This document shows positions 50,900 through 61,060 of a DNA stretch of 64,000 bases, piece by piece. Numbering within the stretch: position 1 is the stretch's first letter; every line of letters starts with the position of its first letter. This DNA comes from an uncultured Aliarcobacter sp. (GTDB lineage: Bacteria; Campylobacterota; Campylobacteria; Campylobacterales; Arcobacteraceae): positions 1,536,001 through 1,600,000 of the forward strand of contig CAXXLV010000002.1 in the NCBI GenBank assembly GCA_963664305.2, in the 5' to 3' direction. A program made the translations under genes and the position numbers. The notes beneath the pieces are model-generated. The model was not told where the DNA came from. It worked only from the letters and a program-made list of their open reading frames with translations, and searched no databases.

Positions 50900-53710
50900 A
50901 TGTCGCTTTCAAGAAGAGACTTCCTAAAAAGCTCAGCAGCAGCAAGTGCAGCAGCAGCTATTGGTATGACTGTACCAGCTGATTTAAAAGCACAGGCTAA
51001 TGTAGCAGAAGGTGGATGGAGATGGGACAAGGCAGCTTGTAGATTCTGTGGAACTGGTTGTGGAATTATGCTTGCAACAAAAGAGGGAAAAATTGTTGCA
51101 GTAAAAGGAGATCCAGCAGCGCCAGTTAATAGAGGACTTAACTGTATCAAAGGTTATTTTAATGCTAAAATCATGTATGGTGCAGATAGATTAAAACAAC
51201 CTTTACTTAGAGTAAATGCAAAAGGTGAATTTGACAAGAAAGGTGATTTTGCACCAGTTTCTTGGAAAAGAGCATTTGATGAGATGGAAAAACATATCAG
51301 AATTGCATTGAAAGAAAAAGGTCCAGAAGGTGTAGGAATTTTTGCTTCAGGGCAATATACAATCATGGAAGGTTATGCTGCTCAAAAATTGATGAAAGCT
51401 GGATTTAGATCAAATGCAATTGATCCAAATGCAAGACATTGTATGGCATCAGCGGTTGTTGGTTTTTATCAAACTTTTGGAATTGATGAACCTTCAGGTT
51501 GTTATGATGATATTGAACTTACAGATACAGTTGTAACTTGGGGTTCAAATATGGCAGAAATGCACCCTATTTTATGGTCAAGGGTAACGGATAGAAAATT
51601 AAGTGCACCAGATAAAGTAAAAGTTGTAAATATTTCTACATACAGACATAGAACTTCTGATTTAGCTGATATTGAAATTATCTTTACTCCAAATACAGAT
51701 TTAGCTTTATGGAATTATATTGCAAGAGAAATTGTATACAACCATCCAGAAGCAATTGATTGGGATTTCGTAAAAGAACATATTGTATTTGCTGCAAGTC
51801 CAGTAAATATGGGTTATGGTATGAGACGATCTGATGAAAAATCAATAAAAGATGGAAAATATTCTGAAAAAGAGATGGAAACAATCTCTAAAGAGATGGA
51901 AAAAATAGTTTCTGAAACGGAAGCTCCGGCACTTGCTCCTTATGGATATAAAGCTGGTGATAAAATGGTAAATAAAAATGCGGGATTAGACCACTGGGAA
52001 ATCTCTTTTGAAGAGTATAAAAAATTCCTAGAACCTTATACTTTAGATTATGTTGCAAAAATTTCTAAAGGAAATCCTGATGAAAGTATAGAAGAGTTTA
52101 AAAACAAACTTCAAGCTTTAGCAGATTTATATATTGAAAAAGAAAGAAAAGTTGTATCTTTCTGGACAATGGGTATGAATCAACACACAAGAGGAACATG
52201 GGTTAATACTTTAGCTTATAACGTTCACTTCTTATTAAATAAACAAGCAAAACCAGGTTCTGGAGCATTCTCATTAACAGGACAACCAAGTGCTTGTGGA
52301 ACAGCAAGAGAAGTTGGAACTTTCGCACATAGATTACCTGCTGATATGATGGTTGCAAATCCAAAACATAGAGAAATCACTGAAAAAGCTTGGAAAGTAC
52401 CTGCTGGAACATTAAATCCAAAAGGTCATCAACATATTATGAAAATTCATAGAGATATTGAAGATGGAAATATTAAATTTGCTTGGGTAAATGTTTGTAA
52501 TCCATATCAAGATACAGCAAGTGCAACACACTGGATTAAAGCAGCAAGAGAGATGGATAACTTCATCGTAACTTCAGATGGATATCCTGGAATTTCTGCA
52601 AAAGTATCTGACTTAATCTTACCATCTGCTATGATTTATGAAAAATGGGGTGGTTATGGAAATGCTGAGAGAAGAACTCAACTTTGGAGACAACAAGTAG
52701 TTCCAGTTGGTGATTCAATGAGTGATACATGGCAATGGGTTGAACTTTCAAAAAGATTTACTGTAAAAGATTTATGGGGTGAACAAACACTTGCAAGTAC
52801 AAAAGGAGAAACTAAACTTCCTGATATAATTGAAGCTGCAAAAGCACTAGGATATAATGAAAATACAACAATGTATGAAATTTTATTCGCAAATGAAAGA
52901 GCAAAATCTTATAAATTAGACCCTAAAGACCCTGTTCAAGCTGGTTTTGATAATACAGACGGTTTTGGAGATTCAAGAAATGTTATAGGAAGTGATGGAA
53001 AACCATGGAAAGGTTATGGATTCTTCATCCAAAAATATCTATTTGAAGAGTACGCAGATTTTGGAAGAGGTCATGGACACGATTTAGCTGATTTTGACAC
53101 TTATCACAAAGTAAGAGGATTAAAATGGCCAGTTGTTGATGGTAAAGAGACTCAATGGAGATTTAATACAAAATATGACCCTTATGCAAAAAAAGCAAAT
53201 CCAGATAGTGATTTTGCATTCTATGGAACATTAGCAAAAGAGTTAGCACAAGGTGATTTACTTGGAGTTAAAGACCAAACAAAAAAATCATTAAAAAATA
53301 AAGCAAAAATCTTTGCAAGACCTTATATGGATCCACCAGAAGTTCCAAATGAAGAGTATCCAGTTTGGTTATCAACAGGAAGGGTTTTAGAACATTGGCA
53401 TAGTGGAACTATGACGATGAGAGTTCCAGAACTTTATAGAGCAGTTCCAGAAGCACTTTGTTATATGCACCCAGAAGATGCTAAAAAATATGGTGTTCAA
53501 CAAGGTGGATTATGCTGGGTTGAAAGTAGAAGAGGAAAAGTAAAAGCTAGAGTTGAAACAAGAGGAAGAAATAGACCTAGTCGTGGTTTAGTATTTGTTC
53601 CATGGTTTGATGAAAAAGTATTTATTAATAAAGTTTGTTTAGATGCAACTTGTCCACAATCAGCGCAAACAGATTTCAAAAAATGTGCAGTTAAAATCTA
53701 TCAAGCATAA
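50900..53710 (+). CDS. napA: Periplasmic nitrate reductase catalytic subunit
   Basis: Tat [35 protein letters not shown]. Confidence 0.97.
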   Translation: MSLSRRDFLKSSAAASAAAAIGMTVPADLKAQANVAEGGWRWDKAACRFCGTGCGIMLATKEGKIVAVKGDPAAPVNRGLNCIKGYFNAKIMYGADRLKQPLLRVNAKGEFDKKGDFAPVSWKRAFDEMEKHIRIALKEKGPEGVGIFASGQYTIMEGYAAQKLMKAGFRSNAIDPNARHCMASAVVGFYQTFGIDEPSGCYDDIELTDTVVTWGSNMAEMHPILWSRVTDRKLSAPDKVKVVNISTYRHRTSDLADIEIIFTPNTDLALWNYIAREIVYNHPEAIDWDFVKEHIVFAASPVNMGYGMRRSDEKSIKDGKYSEKEMETISKEMEKIVSETEAPALAPYGYKAGDKMVNKNAGLDHWEISFEEYKKFLEPYTLDYVAKISKGNPDESIEEFKNKLQALADLYIEKERKVVSFWTMGMNQHTRGTWVNTLAYNVHFLLNKQAKPGSGAFSLTGQPSACGTAREVGTFAHRLPADMMVANPKHREITEKAWKVPAGTLNPKGHQHIMKIHRDIEDGNIKFAWVNVCNPYQDTASATHWIKAAREMDNFIVTSDGYPGISAKVSDLILPSAMIYEKWGGYGNAERRTQLWRQQVVPVGDSMSDTWQWVELSKRFTVKDLWGEQTLASTKGETKLPDIIEAAKALGYNENTTMYEILFANERAKSYKLDPKDPVQAGFDNTDGFGDSRNVIGSDGKPWKGYGFFIQKYLFEEYADFGRGHGHDLADFDTYHKVRGLKWPVVDGKETQWRFNTKYDPYAKKANPDSDFAFYGTLAKELAQGDLLGVKDQTKKSLKNKAKIFARPYMDPPEVPNEEYPVWLSTGRVLEHWHSGTMTMRVPELYRAVPEALCYMHPEDAKKYGVQQGGLCWVESRRGKVKARVETRGRNRPSRGLVFVPWFDEKVFINKVCLDATCPQSAQTDFKKCAVKIYQA

Positions 53711-53731
53711 AGTTAAAAAAAAGAGAAAAAA

Positions 53732-54538
53732 ATGAATTTAAAGCAAAACCAACCCATAACAGAAAGAAGAAGATTTTTTCTTACAGTTGCAAGGGCTGCT
53801 GGATTAGCAATTCTTGGTGGGTTAACTTGGAGTGCCTATGTAGATGAAGTAAAAGCTACTTCATTAATATTAAGACCTCCTGCTGCTTTAGATGAAGAAG
53901 ATTTTTTAGCTACTTGTATCAAATGTGGTATGTGTGTAGAAGCGTGTCCTTTTGATACATTAAAATTGGCAAAACCAGGGGATAATAAACCATTAGGGAC
54001 ACCTTTTTTTGAACCAAGAAAGATTCCTTGTCATATGTGTATAGATATTCCTTGTGTTCCAGTTTGTCCAACTGATGCTTTAAATATTAGATTAGTTCAA
54101 GATTCACAAAAAAATCTTGATATAAATAAAGCCCAAATGGGAGTTGCTGTTATTGATGATAGTTCATGTATAGCATTTTGGGGTATTCAATGTGATGCTT
54201 GTTATAGAGCTTGTCCTCTTTTAGGAAAAGCAATTTCTATTGAATATTCAAAAAATGAAAGAACAGGAAAACATGCATTTTTAAAACCTATTGTAAATCC
54301 TGATATTTGTACAGGTTGTGGATTATGTGAAAAAGCATGTGTTACAGAAAAAGCAGCAATTTTTATTCTTCCTAGAAAAGTAGCTTTAGGAAAAGTTGGT
54401 GATTATTATGTTAGAGGTTGGGATAAACAAGACGAACAAAGAGTTCAAAATGCAACAAGTGAAATTAATAAAACACAAATAAACAAAAAAAGTGCAATTG
54501 ATTCTTTAAATAGTGGAATGGAGGATTTATTAAAATGA
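53732..54538 (+). CDS. napG: Ferredoxin-type protein NapG
   Basis: Tat-like RRRFF, LRPP, four Cys clusters. Confidence 0.93.
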   Translation: MNLKQNQPITERRRFFLTVARAAGLAILGGLTWSAYVDEVKATSLILRPPAALDEEDFLATCIKCGMCVEACPFDTLKLAKPGDNKPLGTPFFEPRKIPCHMCIDIPCVPVCPTDALNIRLVQDSQKNLDINKAQMGVAVIDDSSCIAFWGIQCDACYRACPLLGKAISIEYSKNERTGKHAFLKPIVNPDICTGCGLCEKACVTEKAAIFILPRKVALGKVGDYYVRGWDKQDEQRVQNATSEINKTQINKKSAIDSLNSGMEDLLK

Positions 54539-55356
54539 TAAAAAAATATAGATTTTTAATATCAAGAAGAATCACTCAAATTTCACTAATGGTTTTATAT
54601 ATCATTGCAAATATATATGGAATTGAAATATTAATGGGAAATTTAAGTTCATCACTTATTTTTAAAACTGTTCCCTTAAGTGACCCATATGCTGTTAGTC
54701 AAATGCTGTTTGCTGGTGCAATTTTATCTTTTGATGTTGTACTTGGAGCGTTGATTATCACACTATTTTATATGTTTATTGGTGGACGTTCATTTTGTTC
54801 TTGGGTTTGTCCTGTAAATATCATAACTGATTTTGCAAATTATTTGAGAAGAAAATTAGGATTTAACCAAATAGAAAAAAAACAACCTGCATCTAGAAAA
54901 ATTAGATATGTAGTAATTATTCTTAGTTTTATAATCTCTTTTTTTATGGGAGTAACAGCTTTTGAATTAATTTCACCAGTATCTATGGTTCAAAGGGGAA
55001 TTATCTTTGGTCTTGGATTTGGTTGGGCAACAATTCTTGTAATTTTTCTTTTTGATTTGTTTGTTTTAAAAAATGGTTGGTGTGGACATATTTGTCCCCT
55101 TGGTGGATTTTATTCACTAATTGGAAGATTTAGTTTAATTAGAGTTCATCATAATGCACAAAAATGTACAGCTTGTATGAAATGTAAAGAAGTTTGCCCT
55201 GAGAATCAAGTTCTTCATATGGTAACAAAAACTTCTATGCCTGTTTTAAATGGTGAATGTACAAATTGTGGAAGATGTATTGAAGTGTGTGAAGATGATG
55301 CACTTAATTTTTCAATAAAAAATTTAAAAAAGGAAAAAGAAAATGAAGTTAGATAA
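54535..55356 (+). CDS. napH: Quinol dehydrogenase membrane subunit NapH
   Basis: CSWVCP, CGHICPLG, two 4Fe-4S motifs. Confidence 0.93.
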   Translation: MIKKYRFLISRRITQISLMVLYIIANIYGIEILMGNLSSSLIFKTVPLSDPYAVSQMLFAGAILSFDVVLGALIITLFYMFIGGRSFCSWVCPVNIITDFANYLRRKLGFNQIEKKQPASRKIRYVVIILSFIISFFMGVTAFELISPVSMVQRGIIFGLGFGWATILVIFLFDLFVLKNGWCGHICPLGGFYSLIGRFSLIRVHHNAQKCTACMKCKEVCPENQVLHMVTKTSMPVLNGECTNCGRCIEVCEDDALNFSIKNLKKEKENEVR

Positions 55357-55948
55357 ATTAACTTTAGGAATAATAGCTTCAGCTGTACTTTTTGCTGCTA
55401 GTACATTTGCAGCAAATAGTACTGTAAAAGAAGAATCTTTAGGTCTTAGAAAAACTTCAGTATATTCTGAAGACAAAACGACAGGTGATAAAACTCAGTA
55501 TGGAACTGATGCAGCAGGAACAAGTAAAAAGTTTGATAGAGCTTTTGAAAATGCTCCACCTATGATTCCTCATGATGTTGAAGGAATGCTTCCTATTACA
55601 ATTGATAATAATCAATGTATTATGTGTCATGATCCAGCTGTTGCTGAATCAATGGGTGCTATTCCATTCCCAAAATCTCATCTTACAAACTTTAGACCAG
55701 AAACTAAGTTAGATAAAGATGGAAATATTGAGAAAGAAGGAAAAGTTATAACAAATACAAGTGATATAAAAGTTGTTGAGAAACCTCTTGAAAAACTTGC
55801 AGGAGCTAGATTTAATTGTTCTCAATGTCATGCGCCACAATCAAATGCAACAGAAGCTCCAAAAAACAACTTCAAACCTGATTTTAGAGGAGTAGGATTA
55901 AATAGTAAATCAAACTTAATTGATAATATCGATGAGGGTGTAAAATAA
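55343..55948 (+). CDS. napB: Diheme cytochrome c NapB
   Basis: APPMIPH, CIMCH, RFNCSQCHAPQ. Confidence 0.93.
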   Translation: MKLDKLTLGIIASAVLFAASTFAANSTVKEESLGLRKTSVYSEDKTTGDKTQYGTDAAGTSKKFDRAFENAPPMIPHDVEGMLPITIDNNQCIMCHDPAVAESMGAIPFPKSHLTNFRPETKLDKDGNIEKEGKVITNTSDIKVVEKPLEKLAGARFNCSQCHAPQSNATEAPKNNFKPDFRGVGLNSKSNLIDNIDEGVK

Positions 55949-55950
55949 AG

Positions 55951-56436
55951 ATGGAAAGAAGAGAACTTTTTAGTTCTCTTGCTTCATCTTTTTCAAAAAA
56001 AGAGAAACAAGAGAAAATCCTAAGACCTCCTTATTTTAATGAAAAAGATGAATCTCTTTTTTTTACAAACTGTATCAATTGTGAAGGTTTATGCAGTACA
56101 GTTTGTGGAGAAAATATAATTATTATTCAAGAAGATTTAACACCTAAACTTGATTTTTCAAATAGTGGTTGCACTTACTGTGACAAATGTGCAGAAGTTT
56201 GTCCAACAAATGTTTTACAAATTGAGAATAAAAGATATATTGATGCTAAAATAGAAATAGATGTTCTATCTTGTTTATCATGGAATCAAACAATGTGTTT
56301 TTCATGTAAAGACCCTTGCTTTTATGATGCAATAGATTTTTTAGCAATGTTTAGACCAAGTATAAATGATAAGTGTGTTTCATGTGGACTTTGTGTTAGA
56401 ACTTGTCCAACAAATGCTATAAAAATAATCAGTTAA
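55951..56436 (+). CDS. napF: Ferredoxin-type protein NapF
   Basis: RRELF, LRPP, multiple CxxCxxC motifs. Confidence 0.88.
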   Translation: MERRELFSSLASSFSKKEKQEKILRPPYFNEKDESLFFTNCINCEGLCSTVCGENIIIIQEDLTPKLDFSNSGCTYCDKCAEVCPTNVLQIENKRYIDAKIEIDVLSCLSWNQTMCFSCKDPCFYDAIDFLAMFRPSINDKCVSCGLCVRTCPTNAIKIIS

Positions 56437-56447
56437 AAGGAAAAAGT

Positions 56448-57413
56448 ATGAAAATATTAAAAAGTTTTATTATTTTAATGATATTTTTTTTAAATATAAA
56501 TGCTAAAGAATTAACTCCCAACTTTTTTTTAACAGCAAGTGGTGGAGTAACTGATTTAATTTTAAAAGACAATAAACTTTATGCCTCAACAACAGCCTCT
56601 TTTATTGATATTTTTGATGTAAATTCTAAAGAAAAAATTGAATCTATTAAAATTCCAAAAATAAAAGATTTTTTAGGAGATATAATTGATTCAAAGATTT
56701 ATAGTATTGATGCACTTGAAAATAAACTTCTTATTCTTTCTCAAGGAGAAAAAGGTGGAAGAAATATTTTTTTATATGAAAACAATCAATTAACAAATCT
56801 AATAGAAGATAAAGAAAGACTATTTATTGGACGAGCTAAATTTTTAGATGAAAATCACATAATTTATGCCTTACTTTCAAATCAAATATTTTTATATGAT
56901 ATTAAAAATAAGAAAATTATAAATGAAATACAAATCTCTCAATCTAAATTTTCAAATTTTAGATTATCAGCTGATAAAAGTAAACTTATTGTTTGTGATG
57001 AAAGTGGTGTTCTAACCATGATTGATTCAAAAACTTTTAAAGTAATCAAAACTTTTAGAAATCAAAATTTAGATAATGTTTTCCAAGTTGATTATAAAAA
57101 TAATATTATTCTAACAGCAGGACAAGATAGAAGAAGTGCAGTTTATAGTGATGATGGAAGAATTTCTTATTATAAAGAATTTAGTTTTTTAATATATAGT
57201 GCAGGATTAAGTCCAAACGGTAATTTAGCAGCAGTTGCTAGTGATGAAGAGAATAATGTAACAGTTTTTAATACAACTAGTAAAGAAGAACTATTTTTAT
57301 TAACACAAAATAAAACAACTTTAACAAATATATTATTTAAAAATGAAAATGAGATTTTTATCTCAAGTGATGATAATAAAATTAACTATTATAAACTTAA
57401 CTCAAAGGATTAA
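56448..57413 (+). CDS. napL: WD40-like periplasmic protein NapL
   Basis: Between napF and napD; signal peptide; beta-propeller pattern; SD AAGGA. Confidence 0.8.
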   Translation: MKILKSFIILMIFFLNINAKELTPNFFLTASGGVTDLILKDNKLYASTTASFIDIFDVNSKEKIESIKIPKIKDFLGDIIDSKIYSIDALENKLLILSQGEKGGRNIFLYENNQLTNLIEDKERLFIGRAKFLDENHIIYALLSNQIFLYDIKNKKIINEIQISQSKFSNFRLSADKSKLIVCDESGVLTMIDSKTFKVIKTFRNQNLDNVFQVDYKNNIILTAGQDRRSAVYSDDGRISYYKEFSFLIYSAGLSPNGNLAAVASDEENNVTVFNTTSKEELFLLTQNKTTLTNILFKNENEIFISSDDNKINYYKLNSKD

Positions 57414-57414
57414 A

Positions 57415-57801
57415 ATGAATATTTCAAGTATCGTAGTACAAACTACTCCAAAATATCTAGATGAAGTTGTTGAAACTTTAAAAAAATCAGATGTTTGTGA
57501 CTATCATATGCATGATGAATTAGGAAGAATAATTATTACAATTGAAGGTGATGGAGTACAAGAAGAGTTAAAAAAACTAAAAGTAATTGAAGCTATTCCC
57601 CATGTAATTAGTGCAGATATGCAAATGGCATATAGTGAAGAAGAATTAAGTTCACATATGGATGTTTTAGAAAATTCTGATGTTGTTCCTAAAGTTTTAA
57701 ATGATAATGATATTAAACCTTATGAAATTGTTTATAATGGTGATTTAAAGAAAAAAGATTTAGAAGGTTTTGCAAAACAATTTGATAATACAGGAAAATA
57801 A
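57415..57801 (+). CDS. napD: NapA chaperone NapD
   Basis: MNISSIVV, GRIIITIEG. Confidence 0.9.
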   Translation: MNISSIVVQTTPKYLDEVVETLKKSDVCDYHMHDELGRIIITIEGDGVQEELKKLKVIEAIPHVISADMQMAYSEEELSSHMDVLENSDVVPKVLNDNDIKPYEIVYNGDLKKKDLEGFAKQFDNTGK

Positions 57802-57802
57802 C

Positions 57803-58246
57803 ATGGAATATTTATCAGGAAATTTTTTATGTGAAACGATTGTCCCAAATGGAGAACTAATCGTTTCAAGAACTGACTTAAAAGGTATAATTACTTATGC
57901 AAATGAAACTTTTGCAGAAATTTCTGGTTATAGTGTTGAAGAGTTAGTTGGAAAACCTCATAATATTGTAAGACATCCTGATATGCCCAAAGAGATATTT
58001 TCAGATTTATGGAAGAAATTGGAAACAAGAGGTCATTGGAGTGGCTATATAAAAAATCTTAGAAAAGATGAAGGCTTTTATTGGGTTTATGCAGAGATAT
58101 CAGGTGTGTTTAAAGATGGGAATTTGGTTGAATATAAATCATTAAGAACACCTATCTCTTTTGAAAATAAAGTAAAATATCAGTTATACTACGACCAATT
58201 AAAAAAAGAAAATAATGAACCAATAAGAAAAGTAATTTATCAATAA
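57803..58246 (+). CDS. Stand-alone Aer/CetB-like PAS protein
   Basis: IVSRTDLKGIITYAN, GKPHNIVRHPDMP, YWV. Confidence 0.85.
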   Translation: MEYLSGNFLCETIVPNGELIVSRTDLKGIITYANETFAEISGYSVEELVGKPHNIVRHPDMPKEIFSDLWKKLETRGHWSGYIKNLRKDEGFYWVYAEISGVFKDGNLVEYKSLRTPISFENKVKYQLYYDQLKKENNEPIRKVIYQ

Positions 58247-58248
58247 AA

Positions 58249-58638
58249 ATGTTTTTAAAAAAATTTATCTTAGTTTTACATTTATTTATTTCATCTGTTT
58301 TTGCATTTGACTCCGATATTCAAGCTTCATATGCAATTGGAGTTTTCCATGAAAATGGAATGGGTGAAAATGTTCAACATAAAAAAATCACTGACCAAGA
58401 CTATAATGGAACTTGTTTCTCAAAAATTGTAATATTTGGAAATTATAGCAATCACTCAAAAATTGAAGTTAAGATTGGAAACTCATTAGGATATTACAAA
58501 AGTAAAATACCTATATTTAATGATTTTAAAATAAAAATTGGAGATGAACTAACTTTTGAACATTATAATGTTTCAAAGGGTTATTTTCAAGTTAAAATCA
58601 ACAATAAACTTTATGATACAAAAGTTTTTGTAAAATAA
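58249..58638 (+). CDS. Hypothetical exported protein
   Basis: Signal peptide (SVFA-FD); starts 2 nt after the PAS gene. Confidence 0.6.
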   Translation: MFLKKFILVLHLFISSVFAFDSDIQASYAIGVFHENGMGENVQHKKITDQDYNGTCFSKIVIFGNYSNHSKIEVKIGNSLGYYKSKIPIFNDFKIKIGDELTFEHYNVSKGYFQVKINNKLYDTKVFVK

Positions 58639-58830
58639 TTTTTCTAATTTTTCATTATTTATTATTTTTTTTACATATAAGCAAGCCTTATCTTTTTAGT
58701 AAAAGCAATCCTCCTAAAACACCTATTTTATGGTAAAATTTATTTTACTAAAAAATCGGATACTTTTTATCTGATTCCTAAATATCGTAATAACTTCAAA
58801 TAATACAAGATGAACAGTTATTCATTTTTC

Positions 58831-58872
58831 TTGACTTAGGTCAATTAAATTAAACTTTTAACTACCTATACT
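58831..58872 (+). promoter_or_regulatory. Crp/Fnr (Nss-box-like) site plus -10 for nrfH
   Basis: TTGACTTAGGTCAA at 58831-58844; TATACT at 58867-58872. Confidence 0.75.
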
Positions 58873-58898
58873 TTCACTATGTCTTACAAGGATATACA

Positions 58899-59438
58899 AT
58901 GGAAAAAAATAAGAAAATAATCGTTTATGGAACATTTCTTAGTATTCTAATTGCTGCTGGATTATTTATTTACACTGTGTATGCATCTCAAATGTTGTCT
59001 TATCTTTCTAGTGACCCTAAAGCTTGTATTAACTGCCATGTTATGGATTCAGCTTATTCAACTTGGGAAAAAAGTTCACATAAAAATGTGGCAACATGTA
59101 TAGAATGTCATCTTCCTGTTGGAGATGAAATCGCAAAATATGAAGCAAAAGCAAGAGATGGATGGAACCATTCTGTTGCCTTTACTTTAAACACTTATAA
59201 AAATAATATTCGTATAAGTGAAGATGGTGCTAATCGTGTTCAAGCAAATTGTATTAGATGTCACTCAAGTATAAATGAGACATTAAAAGCAAATGCAGAT
59301 AAATATCACAACGCACACAATGGAAATATTGATAATGAGCGTAAATGTTGGGAGTGTCACAAATATGTGCCACATGGAAAAGTTAGAAGTTTAACTTCAA
59401 CCCCATATAATTTGGGAATAAAAGAAAACTTAAAATAG
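58899..59438 (+). CDS. nrfH: Cytochrome c nitrite reductase small subunit (tetraheme)
   Basis: N-terminal TM; CINCH, CIECH, CIRCH, CWECH. Confidence 0.93.
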   Translation: MEKNKKIIVYGTFLSILIAAGLFIYTVYASQMLSYLSSDPKACINCHVMDSAYSTWEKSSHKNVATCIECHLPVGDEIAKYEAKARDGWNHSVAFTLNTYKNNIRISEDGANRVQANCIRCHSSINETLKANADKYHNAHNGNIDNERKCWECHKYVPHGKVRSLTSTPYNLGIKENLK

Positions 59439-59447
59439 AGGTTCATC

Positions 59448-60938
59448 ATGGGAAAATATAAATTATTGTTTGCAATTTCAATCATTGCAATAGGATTAAT
59501 GACTGCGTTATTAGCTTCAATAAATGAAAAAAAAGAAGAAAAAGAACAACTACAACAAGTTCCTCATATTGAAAGATGGGAAACTAAAAATGAAGAGTTT
59601 AGAAAATTTTATCCAAGGGAGTATGATTCTTGGAAACAAACAAAAAACTCTGATAATATAGAAGATATGTTAAAAAAATATCCTGAATTAGTAGTACTTT
59701 GGGCTGGATATGGTTTTGCAAAAGATTATAATGCACCAAGAGGTCACTTCTATGCAGTTGAAGATAATAGAAATACTTTAAGAACTGGTGGACCAACTGA
59801 TGATAAAACAGGTCCTATGCCAACTGCATGTTGGACTTGTAAATCTCCTGATGTACCAAGAATAATGAAAAAAGATGGAGATGATGAATACTATACAGGA
59901 AAATGGGCTAAATATGGTTCAGATATAATTAATCCTATTGGTTGTGTTGATTGTCATAATCCAGAAACGATGGAACTTCAAGTTAATAGAAACTATTTAA
60001 ATGAAGCTTTAAAAGCTGAAGGTAATAGTGTTACACTTGAAAATGCGACTCAACAAGATATGAGAACAATGGTTTGTGCTCAATGTCACGTTGAATACTA
60101 TTTCAAAAAAACACCTTTAACAAATGGTAAAACAGCTGCTGTTGTAACTCTTCCTTGGGCAGAAGGTACAAAAGTTGAAGATATGGAAAAATATTATGAC
60201 AACATAAATTTTAACGATTGGGTACATCCAATTTCTAAAACTCCTATGTTAAAAGCTCAACACCCAGGTTATGAAATGTGGAAAACAGGGGCTCATGGTA
60301 AAAACAATGTATCTTGTGTAGATTGTCACATGCCATATACGCAAGAAGGTGGGGTTAAATATACAGACCATAAAATTGGTAATCCATTAGAAAGTATGGA
60401 TAAAACTTGTATGAATTGTCATAGAGTTAGTGAAAAATCTCTACTTGATAATATAAATGAGAAAAAAGCTAGAAGAGATGAACTTCAAACTAAAGCTATT
60501 AAACAACTTGCAGCTGCGCATTTTGAAGCTGGAAAAGCTTGGGAAGTTGGAGCAACTGAAGAAGAAATGAAAGCAATTTTAACAGATATTAGACATGCTC
60601 AATGGAGATGGGATTATGCTGTTGCATCACATCCTGCATTCTTCCATGCACCAGAAGAGACATTAAGAATTTTAGGAACAGCTTTAGAAAAAGCTGGAAA
60701 TGCAAGAATTGCTCTTGCTAAAGTTTTAGCTAAACATGGAGCAGGAGATTATAAAGCACCTGAAATAACTGATAAAAAACAAGCTCAAGAGTTAACAGGA
60801 TTACCTTTTGAAAAAATTGTTGAAGAGAAAAAGAAATTCCAAAATGGTTTAATGCAAGATTGGAAAAAAGAGGCTCAAGAAAAAGGATTATACAATCCTG
60901 AATCTACAAAAGGTATTGAAACTAAAACTTCATACTAA
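59448..60938 (+). CDS. nrfA: Ammonia-forming cytochrome c nitrite reductase
   Basis: CWTCK Lys-ligated heme plus four CxxCH; KAQHP; QWRWDY. Confidence 0.97.
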   Translation: MGKYKLLFAISIIAIGLMTALLASINEKKEEKEQLQQVPHIERWETKNEEFRKFYPREYDSWKQTKNSDNIEDMLKKYPELVVLWAGYGFAKDYNAPRGHFYAVEDNRNTLRTGGPTDDKTGPMPTACWTCKSPDVPRIMKKDGDDEYYTGKWAKYGSDIINPIGCVDCHNPETMELQVNRNYLNEALKAEGNSVTLENATQQDMRTMVCAQCHVEYYFKKTPLTNGKTAAVVTLPWAEGTKVEDMEKYYDNINFNDWVHPISKTPMLKAQHPGYEMWKTGAHGKNNVSCVDCHMPYTQEGGVKYTDHKIGNPLESMDKTCMNCHRVSEKSLLDNINEKKARRDELQTKAIKQLAAAHFEAGKAWEVGATEEEMKAILTDIRHAQWRWDYAVASHPAFFHAPEETLRILGTALEKAGNARIALAKVLAKHGAGDYKAPEITDKKQAQELTGLPFEKIVEEKKKFQNGLMQDWKKEAQEKGLYNPESTKGIETKTSY

Positions 60939-60940
60939 TA

Positions 60941-60969
60941 TTTTAAGAAGAGATTTTCTCTTCTTAAAA
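60941..60969 (+). terminator. Hairpin after nrfA
   Basis: TTTTAAGAAGAGA-TTT-TCTCTTCTTAAAA. Confidence 0.6.
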
Positions 60970-61060
60970 ATTCTAACATTTCTAAATAACACTCCTTTAA
61001 TTTATATTTTTTATTTCGATTTGATATAGTGTTATTTATAAATTTTATAAAAGAGTAAAT

